Source: a virus
Lineage: Duplodnaviria; Caudoviricetes
DNA length: 64,000 nucleotides
Virus record (IMG/VR): IMGVR_UViG_3300012231_000008
Span: 4,334 to 68,333 of that record
Direction: 5' to 3' (one strand)
The notes under the pieces were generated by a model that saw only the letters and a program-made list of their open reading frames with translations, had not been told where the DNA came from and ran no database searches. Positions within the stretch are counted from its first letter, which is position 1; each line of letters opens with the position of its first letter. A program made the position numbers and the translations under genes. Shown here in pieces: positions 48,101 to 56,044 of the stretch.

Positions 48101-51100
48101 GCGCCGATCCGACGCTCGAGGAGATGGAGCGCATCGGGCAGGAGGCGTTCGCGTCTCCCGAGTATCAGGCTGCTCTAGCGGCGGCCAAGGCACAGCCTCA
48201 GACGATGCCGAAGGAGTTTCAGGTCAGCAACCCAGATATCGATGCGTTGTTGGCTTGGTCCGCATCTCGGGGCATCGAAGCTAACATTAATGCGACAATC
48301 GACAAGGCGCGCTCTTACGTCGCCGGCGGCGAGGTTGCCAACGAGCGTAAGGCAGTCGTCTTGCTGGGCTTGCCGGGCTCCGGCAAGTCGACCATATCCG
48401 GCGGGTTTGCCAACCTGACCAAGTCTGCCGTGCTCAATGGCGATGACACCAAGGAGTTCATTCCTGAGTACGCCAACGGGCTCGGCTCGATTGCCGTGCA
48501 CGAGGAAGCGAGCTTCATCACCAAGACGGCGCTATCGCGCCTGATGAACGAGGGTGCCAACGTCGTTCTGGAGAAGACCGGCTCTAGCCCTGGCTCAATC
48601 ACCGGCCTGATCAATACACTGCGTGGTAAGGGTTACAGCGTTCAGATTGTCTTGGCGGATGTGCCCAAGGCTCTAGCCATGCATCAGACCGTCGAGAGGT
48701 TCAAAAAGAACGGCCGCGTAGTCCCGCCTGACTACTTTGGCACGTTGAACACGAACGACGTTTTTGCTATCCTGAAACAGGAAGGAGCCGCTGATGGCTA
48801 TACAGTCGTCGAACGGAAAACGGCCAAGGGCGCATGGCGCTTCACAGCCCGTGATAGCGCCTTCGCCGGCATCGCCGATGCCATCGAACGATCCTCCGGT
48901 GGGATCGCTCGAGTGGTTCGAGGCGGTGGAGAAGCGGGCGGACAACCTGTCGGACCTGTACGAGAAGGCGCTGAAGGCCAAGGCCAAGTAGAGCCGGACG
49001 ACACGTCTCTCCTCGCGCTCGACGGTATCCTCCCCGAGTTCACCCCACAGTTCCAAGCCGCAGCATCTGAGTTCGCGCCAGCGCTTGAGCGCGAACTGCG
49101 AGCCATGCTGCCGGGGGACATCCCCGTCAAGATGGTCGATAAGCTGTTCCGCAGCGGCTATGCCGCCTACGGCGGCTATGACCCGCTGAAGCGCACCATC
49201 AAGGTGGCAACGCGCTACGGACGCGGGACGGCGACCCTGAAGGGCTTCCACGAGGTCGGCCACGCTCTACGCGAGTACGGTCGCAGGTTCGGCGAGATCG
49301 CCAAGGGCCTCTATACCGCCGAAGAGTGGACGATCCTTACCGAGCGTGCCCGCAAGACCGGCATCAAGGTCAGCAACGAGATTGCCTACCGTTCTATGTA
49401 TTCGAAGGACATTGCGCGGGAACGGCTCACGGGGGACAAGCAGCGGGACCGCATGGCGGAACTGCTCGACCAGGAGCGCGTGTTCAATCTGGCGGAGCAG
49501 TGGGCGGCAGGCACCAACTTCGGCGCCAAGGTCAACACGCTTCTCGAGCGCATCGGGCTGTTCTTCCAGGCCGTAGGGAATGCGCTGCGGGGGCTTGGCT
49601 TCCAGACCGCCAACGACGTGTTCCAGCGCATGGTGTCAGGTGAGATCGCCGCTCGCGCCGGACAGCGGCAGGGAGCGGTATCGCTGCCGCCGGTCATCAC
49701 TCCACAAGAAATCCTACTCTCCTCCCCTGAAGGGCAAGAGGCCCTTGGTAGTATGGGGCTGATGGCGATTGGTGAACAGAGCGAAGGTGCCGGGCTTGCG
49801 GCTATAGCATCTTCCCCCACCACTCCCCGCCCCTTCACTCTTTCAATTGATGGAAGAGGAGAAGTCTCTACTAGAGAGAAGGAGGATGGGAATAGGGTTA
49901 GGACTTATAAGGTTTTTGGGCGTGAGACCGAGGCGTTCATCCTTTCAGAACAGCCAGACGGAAGCTGGGAACTCTCATTCTTCAACGGAGGGAAGGACTC
50001 GGCCCTGATCATCTCCGACATTGAGTCCGACCTTGGCAATCGCATTGGCCCATCTGGATGGCTGACGCCGGAGGCATACGAGCAGTGGAAGGCAACCGCA
50101 CCTGAGAAGGTGGCAGACCATCAGGACGTCCGCGGCATGTGGGCGAGCCCGAAGGCGCTGGAGCTGGCGCAGGCGGTGGCCCAGGCTGGTGGCAGGGAGC
50201 TCGCCGCTCTCAAGTCCGATGAAGGCGGAAGGATAGAGCCGCAGCTTCCCTGGCCTACGGAAGGCGTCAGGGCGGCATCCATGCCGCATCCCGTCAAGAT
50301 TGGCTCGCAGGCGACGACGTCGTCGCTGGAGGCGCCAGAGCTTGGCCTGTCCGACCTGGTCGAGGAGTTGACGGATACGCTTGGCCTGACGGTGCGTCAT
50401 GGCAGGCTCGATCCAGGACTGAAGGCGAGGGCCGGCAGGGCTGGCGCACGCGTGTTCGGGCAGTTCTCGGCCAGCACCGGCATCACCCGCGCAGCCATCC
50501 CCAACGACTTCCCCGTGCTTGTGCATGAGGGTGGGCATGCGCTGGAGGTGCGTCCTTCGACCAGGGATCCGCTTGCCCAACTCAAAACTACGCACGCGAT
50601 GGAGTTGGTGCCGAACAACGGCAACCCGACCGCAGAAGAGTTGAGCGAGGGCTTCGCGGAGTGGTTCCGAGTGTATCTGACCGATCTGCCAACGGCCCGC
50701 GCGACGGCTCCCAACTTCCTCAAGGACTTCGAGGACATGCTGGATGCTGAGGAGCCCGGCATGCTCGAGGCCCTGGAGAAGGTCCAGGATGGCTTCCAGG
50801 CTCTGCTGAAGGCGTCGCCGGCCGGCGCCGTGCGTTCCCGCATCCAGTCCACCGAGCGCCCAGGCAAACTGGGCGAGATCAAGGAGGAGCTGCAGGAGAA
50901 GGGTTTCCGCAAGACGCTCTCCGACAAGCTCTATTCCTTCTTCCACAGCTACGCAGACCGCTGGCACGGCCTCAAGGTTGCCGTCGAGCAAATGCTGAGG
51001 GAGGGCGGTAGGCAGGCAGGCATCAACCTCGCTGAGGGCGAGAAGCTGGTCCTGAAGGCCATCAACGACCCCTACAAGCGGGCGCGGCTGGCCGCCCAGG

Positions 51101-54100
51101 CCAAGGCGCAGGCAACAGCCACCTTGCTCAACGGCGTGCGCCTGAGGGGCATGGCTGACCCCGTTGGCCCATCCTATCAGGATGCGCTTGATGCAGCCTT
51201 CGGCGGCAACCGGCGCTCGCAGTGGAACGAGGAGAAGGCGGAGCTGTTCGGCTCCTACTTGATCTCGCGCAGCATGTTGGCGGAGTTCGATCGGTACGAC
51301 CGCGGCGAGTTGGAGAACCCGCCGGATCAGTTGATCCCCCGCGACGTGTGGGCCAAGGCCAAGGACGACATCGAGAAGGCGCACCCTGAGTTCGCCCGCG
51401 CTGCACCGATCCTGTATCAGTTCCAGCAGAACATGCTGAAGCTGATGTATCAGGAAGGGTTCCTCACGGCCGAGGACTACCAGACCTATTCCAACCGGGT
51501 CGACTACGTCCCGCGCAACCGCGTGATGCCGGACAAGTCTCCGTCGTCGGTCGGCGCCGCCCGCGGCACCAACAAGCGCAAGGTGTTCATGCGGTTCCAG
51601 GGATCGACCCTGGACTTCATCAACCCGCTGGAATCGATTGCCCAGAACGTCTACGCCCAGCAAGGCCGGATCACCCTCAACGGAACGATCCGGGCTCTCG
51701 ACAATCTTGCGCGCTGGGCAGGCCCGGCCGGCGGTCCGATCGCAGAGCGTCTCCCGGCCAGGGACATGAAGGGCGTTCGGGTCGACGTGCGCGAGGCCAT
51801 GAAGGATGCCGTCAAGCAGCTCAACCCCGACGACGCTCAAGACCTGATCGACATGGTCGACGAGCTGTTCGACGAGGATGCGGCTGCCACCATCTTCCGC
51901 GCCACCGACATCAACGAGAAGGGCGAGAAGATCGTCTACCTCTACGAAGATGGTAAGCGCGTGCCGATCCGTATGGGCGACCATGACATCGGCAAGGACA
52001 TCTTCGACGCATTCACGGCGGTCGGCACCGACAACGCCAACATGGCGTTCGAGCTTGCCACCATGGGCACGCAGGCTTTGCGCTTCGGCGTCACCAAGGC
52101 CGTGTCCTACGTGTTTAACAACTTCCTGCGTGACCAGTTGCAGACCTGGACGCTGAGCGAGAACTACACGCCATTCGTCACGGGCACCAAGGGCTTGAAG
52201 CACGTCATTGCCAATGACGATGTGTCCAAGCGCGCGGCAGCCTTCGGCGTGATGATGGGCGGCATCGACACCAATCTGCAAGAGAGCGCTGCCCGTGATC
52301 GGGACATCAAATCCCTGCGACGCAAAGGCTTCTGGGCGGTCCCGCTAAACTGGCCGAGGGCATTGCATCCCGTGGAGTGGTCGTGGAAAGCGTTCATGCG
52401 CACCATGGAGATCACCGAGGCGGGAACGCGCGTCGGGCACATGAAGGCAATCCAGGATCGCGCGCTTGCCGATGGCATGACGCCAGAAGAGGCGGCTTGG
52501 GAAGGGGCCTACGGCGCCAACGACGTGATGCCGTTCGATCGTTCCGGCTCCAAGATGATGGTGATTGCCCGGCTTGTGGCGTTCCTCAACGCTGCCGTGC
52601 AGGGCATGAGCGCGGCAGGCCGCACGATCAGCGGAGAGCGCAACACCTACACCAACTACCGTGATGCCGTGTCGCCATACCTGCGGGCCGGCATGGGTCA
52701 GCCCGTGTCGGTTGCCGATAGGGCGGCTATCCCGAACGCGGCCAAGGTGTGGGTGAAGATGCTGACCATGGGCATCGTCGGCGTATCGCTGGCGGCGCTC
52801 TACTCTGGCGACGACGACGAGAGCAAGGAGTACCAGGAGTTCAACGACTACATGCGTGCCACCCATTGGTTCTTCAAGATCAACGGGACCTGGTGGCGCT
52901 TCCCGAAGCCGTTCGAGCTCGCAGCTATCTCCAATGCTATGGAAGCTGGATTTGCCGGCTACTGGAAGCAGGATCCCCGCGCGCTGAAGACCTTCGCTCA
53001 ATCCCTCAAGCACACGATGGTCCCGCCGCATGAGCTGCAGGCACTCAAGCTCTACTACGAGATGATGACCGGCAAGGACACCTTCCGCGACAAGGACATC
53101 GTCGGCGGAGACCTGCGGGCATTGGCGCCTGAGTACCAGTTCAACGCCTACACGTCGGAACTCGGGCGCATGGTGGGCAAGGTGATGGGTTGGTCGCCAG
53201 CGCAGATCGACCACTTCATGGCTGGTGCCCTCGGCACCTTGGGCCGCGATCTTCTCAACGCCTCGGACTACATGCTGCCGCGCATCAACAAGATGACCGG
53301 CGGCATCATCCCCGGCGTGTCGCAGACCCCGCGCGCCGAGAAGTCGCTCGAGGATATGTGGTTCGTATCCAGGTTCAGCCGGCGTGCCGGCCGCGGCGCG
53401 CTGTCAGTGGAGGAGTTCTGGAAGCAGGCAAGCCGCGACGGCGGCAAGTACACGCAGGCCGCGGAGACCTACAAGCGCCTTGTCGCAGCCGGCCGCGCCG
53501 ATCCTCGCCTCAACTTCGAGGTCAAGTCCTTCATGGAACGCCTTACCGACGATCAGAAAGCGTATGCGTACCTCGAAGGCGGCTGGTTCGACGAGAAGGA
53601 CAAGGACTTGCACCCTGTCCACCGCTCGCGCCAGGTGCTGCAGGCCATCTCCGGCATCCGCAAGGACATCCTGATGGACAACCTCGTGAAGCGGAGCACG
53701 GTCCCCGATCGGCGCCACAAGTTCCGTGAGCCTGAGAAGGTCAGCCTGTCGCCTTCGGATCAGCGCGTCGTCAACGAGATCCTGGAAGACCTGTCGATGC
53801 GAGAGGCGCGCAACGCGCTGATCGTGACGGGGCATCCTGGATGGGCGCAGAAGGAAATCCTGGGCACCGACGGGCTGGTCAAGGAGCTGCGGTCCAAGGC
53901 TCCAGCCGTTGCCGAGGAACTCGAGGCTAGGCTGACGAAGGGCCGCACCAAAGTCGTCCCGTTCGAGAAGGTGCAGGAGGCATGGCCTGAAGCGCGGGCG
54001 CGTATTCTGAAGGAAGGCCCGGAGGCCAGTCTGGCTGATCTACGCGGCTACGTTCCGCCGTCAGGGACGCTGGAGATCTTGATCACAAAGCCGAAGCCTA

Positions 54101-54129
54101 AGCGCGGCGGCTCACTAACGATCCAGTGA
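39196..54129 (+). CDS. Giant polyvalent ejection protein: DarB-like N6-methylase + SNF2 helicase + Fic-like + zeta-like kinase + two zincin motifs + LPD38-like C-terminus
   Basis: EPAAGIG aa1192, NVPF aa1257, DHVVGAGKT aa1893, DEAH aa2059, HFWADGVGKTSK aa2899, GLPGSGKST aa3058, HEVGH aa3352, HEGGH aa3777, WRFPKPFEL near end. Confidence 0.9.
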   Translation: MADREDQLDPQITEVDETPPWAARDTEQAAPPPEEPPVGVSETARQLESEGFFDRMAFKKSIDDAAARSEAVAKSAGSQGILGESFGLLTPGESRAWLKEARTEFDAKEQRWAEFRSGPIERGRANVEGMFGDKFAEATKPTLEGADADVAKQRAKRGRELSEMEAGTRAPAMKTPLRSAVENVPQGAIDLAGSIVKGVGIGAGFAGRELGMDIAPDDNTTYSLGKWIEAKGKELFPGDIARQEEFTQKLAHGAGSMIGFYGPAIAGKLIGASDKALIGITMATGSLAEGSETYEQALQSAKAGRDVSEGAKALAFMGGLILGTWEALPIAHMFNRRMGLARGMAIQGLEEGLQEGGQTLGENVIAQTLHDPERPLTQGVGESMAIGSILGTFMQGAQYAASKQARVQARPQPAPAATPTPAVEPPAEPEKPKQETPANAYDVKQFYDGTEEPSAALGIAAMAVRKTPETPEDEQPSLADEIAAAQPQLEPWQQKLSETLVEIAKQTEANRPALEQDVEANLPTYTSAIKDVYAGHGLPYALADDAVRSVAINMAQGLTAEEALKRYAAEGYEQERAPRAQGAGTSPTSADARGARQGSPAAPGVGSLGDRLQSSAAALQSGGPKRGVQQADVSDYEQHYQRALRASFRAIVASRRPANEWGKFLKLKPDELKALVDEAVRDGLLRIDRNGVIRRTKLAKVAPKETPIRPGEDIANTPPDIRARDAIAKREEETGKQIAPDVRRWAQNIEETIGRPAFAEQMSLMREAARTGELSLADMLDLTAMVGLRDIIVAGKNIQLSKMTKAGALLAIQRKHDMRVQERQAAIAAAKFEFDTGIKAMAVKRPGLPDERVRRGIERSRMADTLRQLATDAGAALGDEAAFPAVLRRLKAAAKKMSKADALELARLVGYQPKSRTTKAQALQSITLRHQDIVESRAQAQAIAEAQEAANAERQALLQSQGAVPEGELPEGVSETAGVGGTGGAPGAGGPGGGRDVARPGSPDVDGQGSPGELSGEGAGTRDDTREGARDGDAGTDLRSARPVVDTAAVRAQVEADAARAEQARADRVANNYTITDADEIGKGGPKAKVRANLAAIRTLRQIEEEKRPATAGEKKVLVKYVGWGAFAQDVFATHKPEWAKERAELQNLLSPEEYKSARASTLNAHFTSPEVIKGMWSALEWLGFKGGRAIEPAAGIGHFIGLQPENMRADTNWTAVELDKISGGITKALYGASDVRVGGFEEQVWPDNYFDLAVSNVPFGDFKIEDTERKGYLIHDYFFVKALAKVRPGGIVAFITSAGTLDKQGGAARRAMDKQGTFLGAIRLPGGNKGAFKANAGTDVTTDIVFFRKRIPGEPVDVNSEWRDLAEVNTPEGKTSINGYFAANPKMMLGKMRLIGTMYGKGEPVLIGPTDNLESSIAEAAQRMPEDAMLPATTSAAAFEEKVDTEVDAIKEGAFYAKDGQIFRKITGVGHPQKLNKANAERVTGFIGMRDTVNRMLAIQSGAAKAADGEMDSLRAALNADYDAFVKKFGPINLTHITETKRKKDGKVITTRRMPNFSPIEDDNDAYKVKALEVYDEKTQKATKAAIFTEDVVGSYTRPAVTGPSDALAVSLNETGRVDMALIADQLGVGEAEAAAVLGDRVYQNPAGGQWQTAAQYLSGDVVKKLADAKASAELDESYARNVTALEEVQPEPLSRAEITVPFGASWVPAEVYEAFLQDVVGSEFKVTLNEVTKQWRVAQSRRSSEAAQAQWGTDRKSVGEIVEAALNSKPIIITDKQRDGNSVRDIAGETAARAKVELLREAFTGQTFPGAPAAVGGWVWNDDARAMRLEELYNLGFNRIVKEDHDGAHATFPGVARVVTFPDGATGTINLTPARTSAIWRIIQNGNTLIDHVVGAGKTWTSIMAVMEMKRLGMVRRPMFVVPNHMLHQFSNEFLQAYPAAKLLVATKDNMSAAKRKEFAAKAAAEKWDGIIITHSAFGRLRMRDEAYVAYYEEAIERMIEAKDRAATEEGKDSATVKDIEKARKRLKAKLEKFTAKEKKDLGITFEELGVDHLTVDEAHLFKNLWFPTRHTRVRGISNATESQRATDLYIKIRNLEKSKPGRSTLFLTGTPLSNTMAEVYTMMRYLQHDTLEEYGIGEFDSWAQTFGNIKTKTELAPNGRDFRDTTSFGEFVNIPELATLYGRIADTQTAESLKLPRPKLKGDKPIVVETELAPSEEQFVQDLIAKMESLKGKRPERGSPNFLSLFTQGLQVGTDFRLVDPSASYNPNGKIAKAVDNIFSVWERGNKDEKTPDKAQLVFLDMGVPGSKGGKRIAAKAAEATEEPIDAVRRGLADVEEDAGEQLQEEASEEDAEAEALLAGKFNLYQDIKDHLIERGIPADQIAFIHDAKNDEQKAKLFDAVREGKVRILLGSSAKMGVGTNVQKRLVAMHHIDAPWKPADVEQRDGRILRQGNKNPEIEIYRYVTKRSFDSYRWQILENKSHFIGQFRAGARGVRIATDIDAPLPEAAELKAAATGDPRIIEHADLSREVRVLDAQRAAHLGGAVRAKSALVQARARIESMRKHLEVYNQDAAKVRDLKGDNFSVALDLAKGTQTVTERKKAGEAVKAYLTSLAERSYYGAQDFDLGEISGFRMQGKVRKDSFGDGFVVKPEISFAGTYEGQEFALNAETNPVTLIQRYERLAGTPLERQAAANATVAGLEQEIPKLEAKTAATAFPKEAELADKRKRLNDLERALRPRDPAAQASEDAYVEQAMRNLKATSRTAAGVVDTSASAGKAGQMAEGLTGEGAAAAATRNFEGVIRSIYRNRDRIAGLSARELAQEIDQIAIAINKGILKEGALYRADDSTKFPYTAVADLGAAHQQFAQELSQRLNDPNADPVETAAWVEWRANLTDHFWADGVGKTSKALAAIPLMRANQPLPLYRSNKEFFANASRQQYNPSEGGSAYRDAAFDKFVDYYRSLMPGADPTLEEMERIGQEAFASPEYQAALAAAKAQPQTMPKEFQVSNPDIDALLAWSASRGIEANINATIDKARSYVAGGEVANERKAVVLLGLPGSGKSTISGGFANLTKSAVLNGDDTKEFIPEYANGLGSIAVHEEASFITKTALSRLMNEGANVVLEKTGSSPGSITGLINTLRGKGYSVQIVLADVPKALAMHQTVERFKKNGRVVPPDYFGTLNTNDVFAILKQEGAADGYTVVERKTAKGAWRFTARDSAFAGIADAIERSSGGIARVVRGGGEAGGQPVGPVREGAEGQGQVEPDDTSLLALDGILPEFTPQFQAAASEFAPALERELRAMLPGDIPVKMVDKLFRSGYAAYGGYDPLKRTIKVATRYGRGTATLKGFHEVGHALREYGRRFGEIAKGLYTAEEWTILTERARKTGIKVSNEIAYRSMYSKDIARERLTGDKQRDRMAELLDQERVFNLAEQWAAGTNFGAKVNTLLERIGLFFQAVGNALRGLGFQTANDVFQRMVSGEIAARAGQRQGAVSLPPVITPQEILLSSPEGQEALGSMGLMAIGEQSEGAGLAAIASSPTTPRPFTLSIDGRGEVSTREKEDGNRVRTYKVFGRETEAFILSEQPDGSWELSFFNGGKDSALIISDIESDLGNRIGPSGWLTPEAYEQWKATAPEKVADHQDVRGMWASPKALELAQAVAQAGGRELAALKSDEGGRIEPQLPWPTEGVRAASMPHPVKIGSQATTSSLEAPELGLSDLVEELTDTLGLTVRHGRLDPGLKARAGRAGARVFGQFSASTGITRAAIPNDFPVLVHEGGHALEVRPSTRDPLAQLKTTHAMELVPNNGNPTAEELSEGFAEWFRVYLTDLPTARATAPNFLKDFEDMLDAEEPGMLEALEKVQDGFQALLKASPAGAVRSRIQSTERPGKLGEIKEELQEKGFRKTLSDKLYSFFHSYADRWHGLKVAVEQMLREGGRQAGINLAEGEKLVLKAINDPYKRARLAAQAKAQATATLLNGVRLRGMADPVGPSYQDALDAAFGGNRRSQWNEEKAELFGSYLISRSMLAEFDRYDRGELENPPDQLIPRDVWAKAKDDIEKAHPEFARAAPILYQFQQNMLKLMYQEGFLTAEDYQTYSNRVDYVPRNRVMPDKSPSSVGAARGTNKRKVFMRFQGSTLDFINPLESIAQNVYAQQGRITLNGTIRALDNLARWAGPAGGPIAERLPARDMKGVRVDVREAMKDAVKQLNPDDAQDLIDMVDELFDEDAAATIFRATDINEKGEKIVYLYEDGKRVPIRMGDHDIGKDIFDAFTAVGTDNANMAFELATMGTQALRFGVTKAVSYVFNNFLRDQLQTWTLSENYTPFVTGTKGLKHVIANDDVSKRAAAFGVMMGGIDTNLQESAARDRDIKSLRRKGFWAVPLNWPRALHPVEWSWKAFMRTMEITEAGTRVGHMKAIQDRALADGMTPEEAAWEGAYGANDVMPFDRSGSKMMVIARLVAFLNAAVQGMSAAGRTISGERNTYTNYRDAVSPYLRAGMGQPVSVADRAAIPNAAKVWVKMLTMGIVGVSLAALYSGDDDESKEYQEFNDYMRATHWFFKINGTWWRFPKPFELAAISNAMEAGFAGYWKQDPRALKTFAQSLKHTMVPPHELQALKLYYEMMTGKDTFRDKDIVGGDLRALAPEYQFNAYTSELGRMVGKVMGWSPAQIDHFMAGALGTLGRDLLNASDYMLPRINKMTGGIIPGVSQTPRAEKSLEDMWFVSRFSRRAGRGALSVEEFWKQASRDGGKYTQAAETYKRLVAAGRADPRLNFEVKSFMERLTDDQKAYAYLEGGWFDEKDKDLHPVHRSRQVLQAISGIRKDILMDNLVKRSTVPDRRHKFREPEKVSLSPSDQRVVNEILEDLSMREARNALIVTGHPGWAQKEILGTDGLVKELRSKAPAVAEELEARLTKGRTKVVPFEKVQEAWPEARARILKEGPEASLADLRGYVPPSGTLEILITKPKPKRGGSLTIQ
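40895..41128 (+). CDS. Candidate nested ORF in alternative frame of giant gene
   Basis: GAGGAGG 12 nt upstream; amphipathic helices; host frame is low-complexity here. Confidence 0.4.
   Translation: MPQKATSKKGRPAPKAREPAQPLLTPEEHAKAAQQLREWAASETDSKAAQRLYSLADLNEAFSKPTSPTTSNTTSGL
42047..42331 (+). CDS. TnpV-like protein nested in alternative frame of giant gene
   Basis: AGGAGG 6 nt before ATG; LREQYLKE...GELAEHL...REMVTRELIY matches TnpV pattern as recalled. Confidence 0.7.
   Translation: MPSAKHFSSLREQYLKESFPKAYQKLQASGELAEHLEQVGQEADEMWHDLEAQMSTAKDLPENYLERVQELETIPEKVREMVTRELIYVPPAQS
48794..48991 (+). CDS. Candidate nested ORF directly after the zeta-like kinase domain
   Basis: AAGGAG 6 nt before ATG; C-terminal helix SLEWFEAVEKRADNLSDLYEKALK. 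Confidence 0.5.
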   Translation: MAIQSSNGKRPRAHGASQPVIAPSPASPMPSNDPPVGSLEWFEAVEKRADNLSDLYEKALKAKAK

Positions 54130-54566
54130 TGTAGATGGGCGGCGGCTGCGCAATCAGCTCCGCCCACCACACGCCCCCTACTCCTCGTGGGTGCGGGGCG
54201 CAGATGATCACCCGGTAGGTTCGGATCGAGGCGACGTCGTAGGGGATCGGGTTCCAGCGCAGCGCGTCGCCACTGACAATCTCGGGGTGGAAGTGCTCGA
54301 CTGACATCCGCCGGAAGGCGTCGTCGAAAGCCACACGAAGGACAACGGAGTGGGCACCCACAAGGTTGTGGAACTTCCATCCCATGTGTCTCGCCAACTC
54401 TCGCATCGGGGCGAGACGCTATAGATGGGGTGGCGACAGGGCAACATGGAACGGTCAAAACGGGTTCGTTCCATGCGGAAATCAAGGGTTTGTTAACGCT
54501 TTCCGCTGTTCTGACGTGGAACGGTGAAAGCGTTAAGGATTCGTCAACTATTCCCGGAAGTTGGGC

Positions 54567-54602
54567 AAAACGAAAGCCCGGCCGCCGAGATGGCAACCGG
54601 GC
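54567..54602 (-). terminator. Intrinsic terminator for minus-strand operon
   Basis: On minus strand GCCCGGTTGCC-atctc-GGCGGCCGGGC then TTTCGTTTT. Confidence 0.75.
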
Positions 54603-54627
54603 AACAAGGTGTGGATACCGGGCTGTG

Positions 54628-55773
54628 TCAGTCTGCGAGCGACTTGCGCATCTCGGCGCAGTCGATGCCGTGCTTCTCCAGCAGGTCCATGGCCTGATCC
54701 GGGAGGGTCATAACGCCGTCGTAGTCGGTCAGGGAGCGCTTGCCCTTGGGGTCGATCTCGAAGGTGAGGCCGATGCCCTCGACCATCTCGTCATCCTCGC
54801 TGAGGTAGACGATCCACTCGATGAAGCCGGTTAGCGTCTTGTTGTGGAGCCAAAGCTCCATGGTGCTGCGGGCTCTCTCGCTCAGGTTCCGTCCGCCCCA
54901 TGAACCCTCAAGGTTGATCGGGCTGTAGAACTCAAAAGTGTCGATCGACTTTTCCATCATGCGTCCTCCTCTGGGTTGGCCATCTTGCGCAGGACCTTAG
55001 AGTTCGTGGCGTCCAGGTACATCTTGGCGCTACCGTCGCTGAACTCCTCAATCGCCACGAAGCGGTCAAAGCGCGTGCCGTTCTTCGCGGCTGGCCAGAT
55101 GAAGATCTCGATCCGGTCGCCGACCTCGCCGTGGCCTCGGTGCCATTCCAGTCCAAGCTCTTGGACGTAGCGTCCGACGTCGTTGTGCTTCATCACTTCA
55201 CCTCGAAGACTACGGTTTCGTCTTCCACCTTGTAGGGGACGCTCTTGCTCAAGAGAGCCTTGGCAGCGTCCTTCGGCAGTTTCCAGCCATCAGTCAGAAC
55301 CCGCACCATGTTCGCGCGGTCGCGCTTGAAGGCGTACCCGTTGATTGCCCAGGCTACGATGCCTGGAGCGTAGATCGCGGGGGAAGAACCAAGGCGGTAG
55401 GTCATCGTGCGCTCCCTCAGTAGTGGTGCTTGCTTCCGACGTAGTTGAAGTCTTCCAAGTAGGAGAAGCTCTTCATGTCGGCGTAGGCCGCCTCGCGGCT
55501 CAGGTGCTCGCCCTGAACCAGCCACCGCTTGCTGACAGCCGAGAAGAGTTCAACGACCCAGTATTGGCCGTCCTGCCGAACCCGCAGGGCTTCTCCAGCC
55601 GAGGTCACATTGTTCGCGCTCATCTCGTGTCTCCTTCAGAGGTTTGGATCGCAGGCCCAGCCTTCGGCTTGCCCGCGGTTGTCGAAGACCTTGACCAGGT
55701 CGCCGTTCACGAAGAGGCCCCACTCCCCGTTCCCGAGGTAGAGGACCTGGACCTTCTTGGCGCTGGCGTTCAT
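54628..55773 (-). other. Operon of five small ORFs (54628-54960, 54957-55196, 55193-55405, 55417-55623, 55636-55773)
   Basis: Strong RBSs (GGAGG/AGGAGA), coupled starts/stops, promoter upstream and terminator downstream; no recognisable family. Confidence 0.75.
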
Positions 55774-55802
55774 GGCGGTGTCTCCTCTCTGGCTGCAAGA
55801 GG

Positions 55803-55831
55803 AATATACGAGCGGACAAAATGTCCGTCAA
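55803..55831 (-). promoter_or_regulatory. Sigma70 promoter with palindromic operator
   Basis: TTGACG-17-TATATT; CGGACA-AAA-TGTCCG at 55813-55827. Confidence 0.8.
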
Positions 55832-55843
55832 TCCGTCATCGCA

Positions 55844-56038
55844 TCACGTCTTCGTGATCGACATCAGCCGAAGCAACATAGCTACAGGCTTGGGGATAAC
55901 AACCTCTCCAAGCTCCCAGCGCCGCACCGTGCGCGGGTCGATATCCAAATGATCGGCTAGCTGCGACTTCGTCATGCCGAGCCGCTCCCGGATGTCTGCG
56001 AGTTCGTCCGGCGTCATGTGCTTCGTTCGCTTATGCAT
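55844..56038 (-). CDS. XRE/Cro-type HTH transcriptional regulator
   Basis: LADIRERLGMTKSQLADHLDIDPRTVRRWELG. Confidence 0.9.
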   Translation of the reverse strand: MHKRTKHMTPDELADIRERLGMTKSQLADHLDIDPRTVRRWELGEVVIPKPVAMLLRLMSITKT

Positions 56039-56044
56039 CCCCCA

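Noticed and set aside
49975-52281. Long minus-strand ORFs (768 aa here; also 21189-22106, 27932-29056, 36801-38009)
   Set aside because: Antisense shadows of high-GC genes; no motifs, and the plus-strand genes have clear family signatures
54098-54406. 102-aa minus-strand ORF after the giant gene
   Set aside because: Overlaps the giant gene's end, lies beyond the cassette terminator and has no clear RBS or motif; left uncalled
54493-54536. TTAA-containing inverted repeat as a CtrA box
   Set aside because: TTAA half-sites are 36 bp apart, not the N7 spacing of CtrA sites
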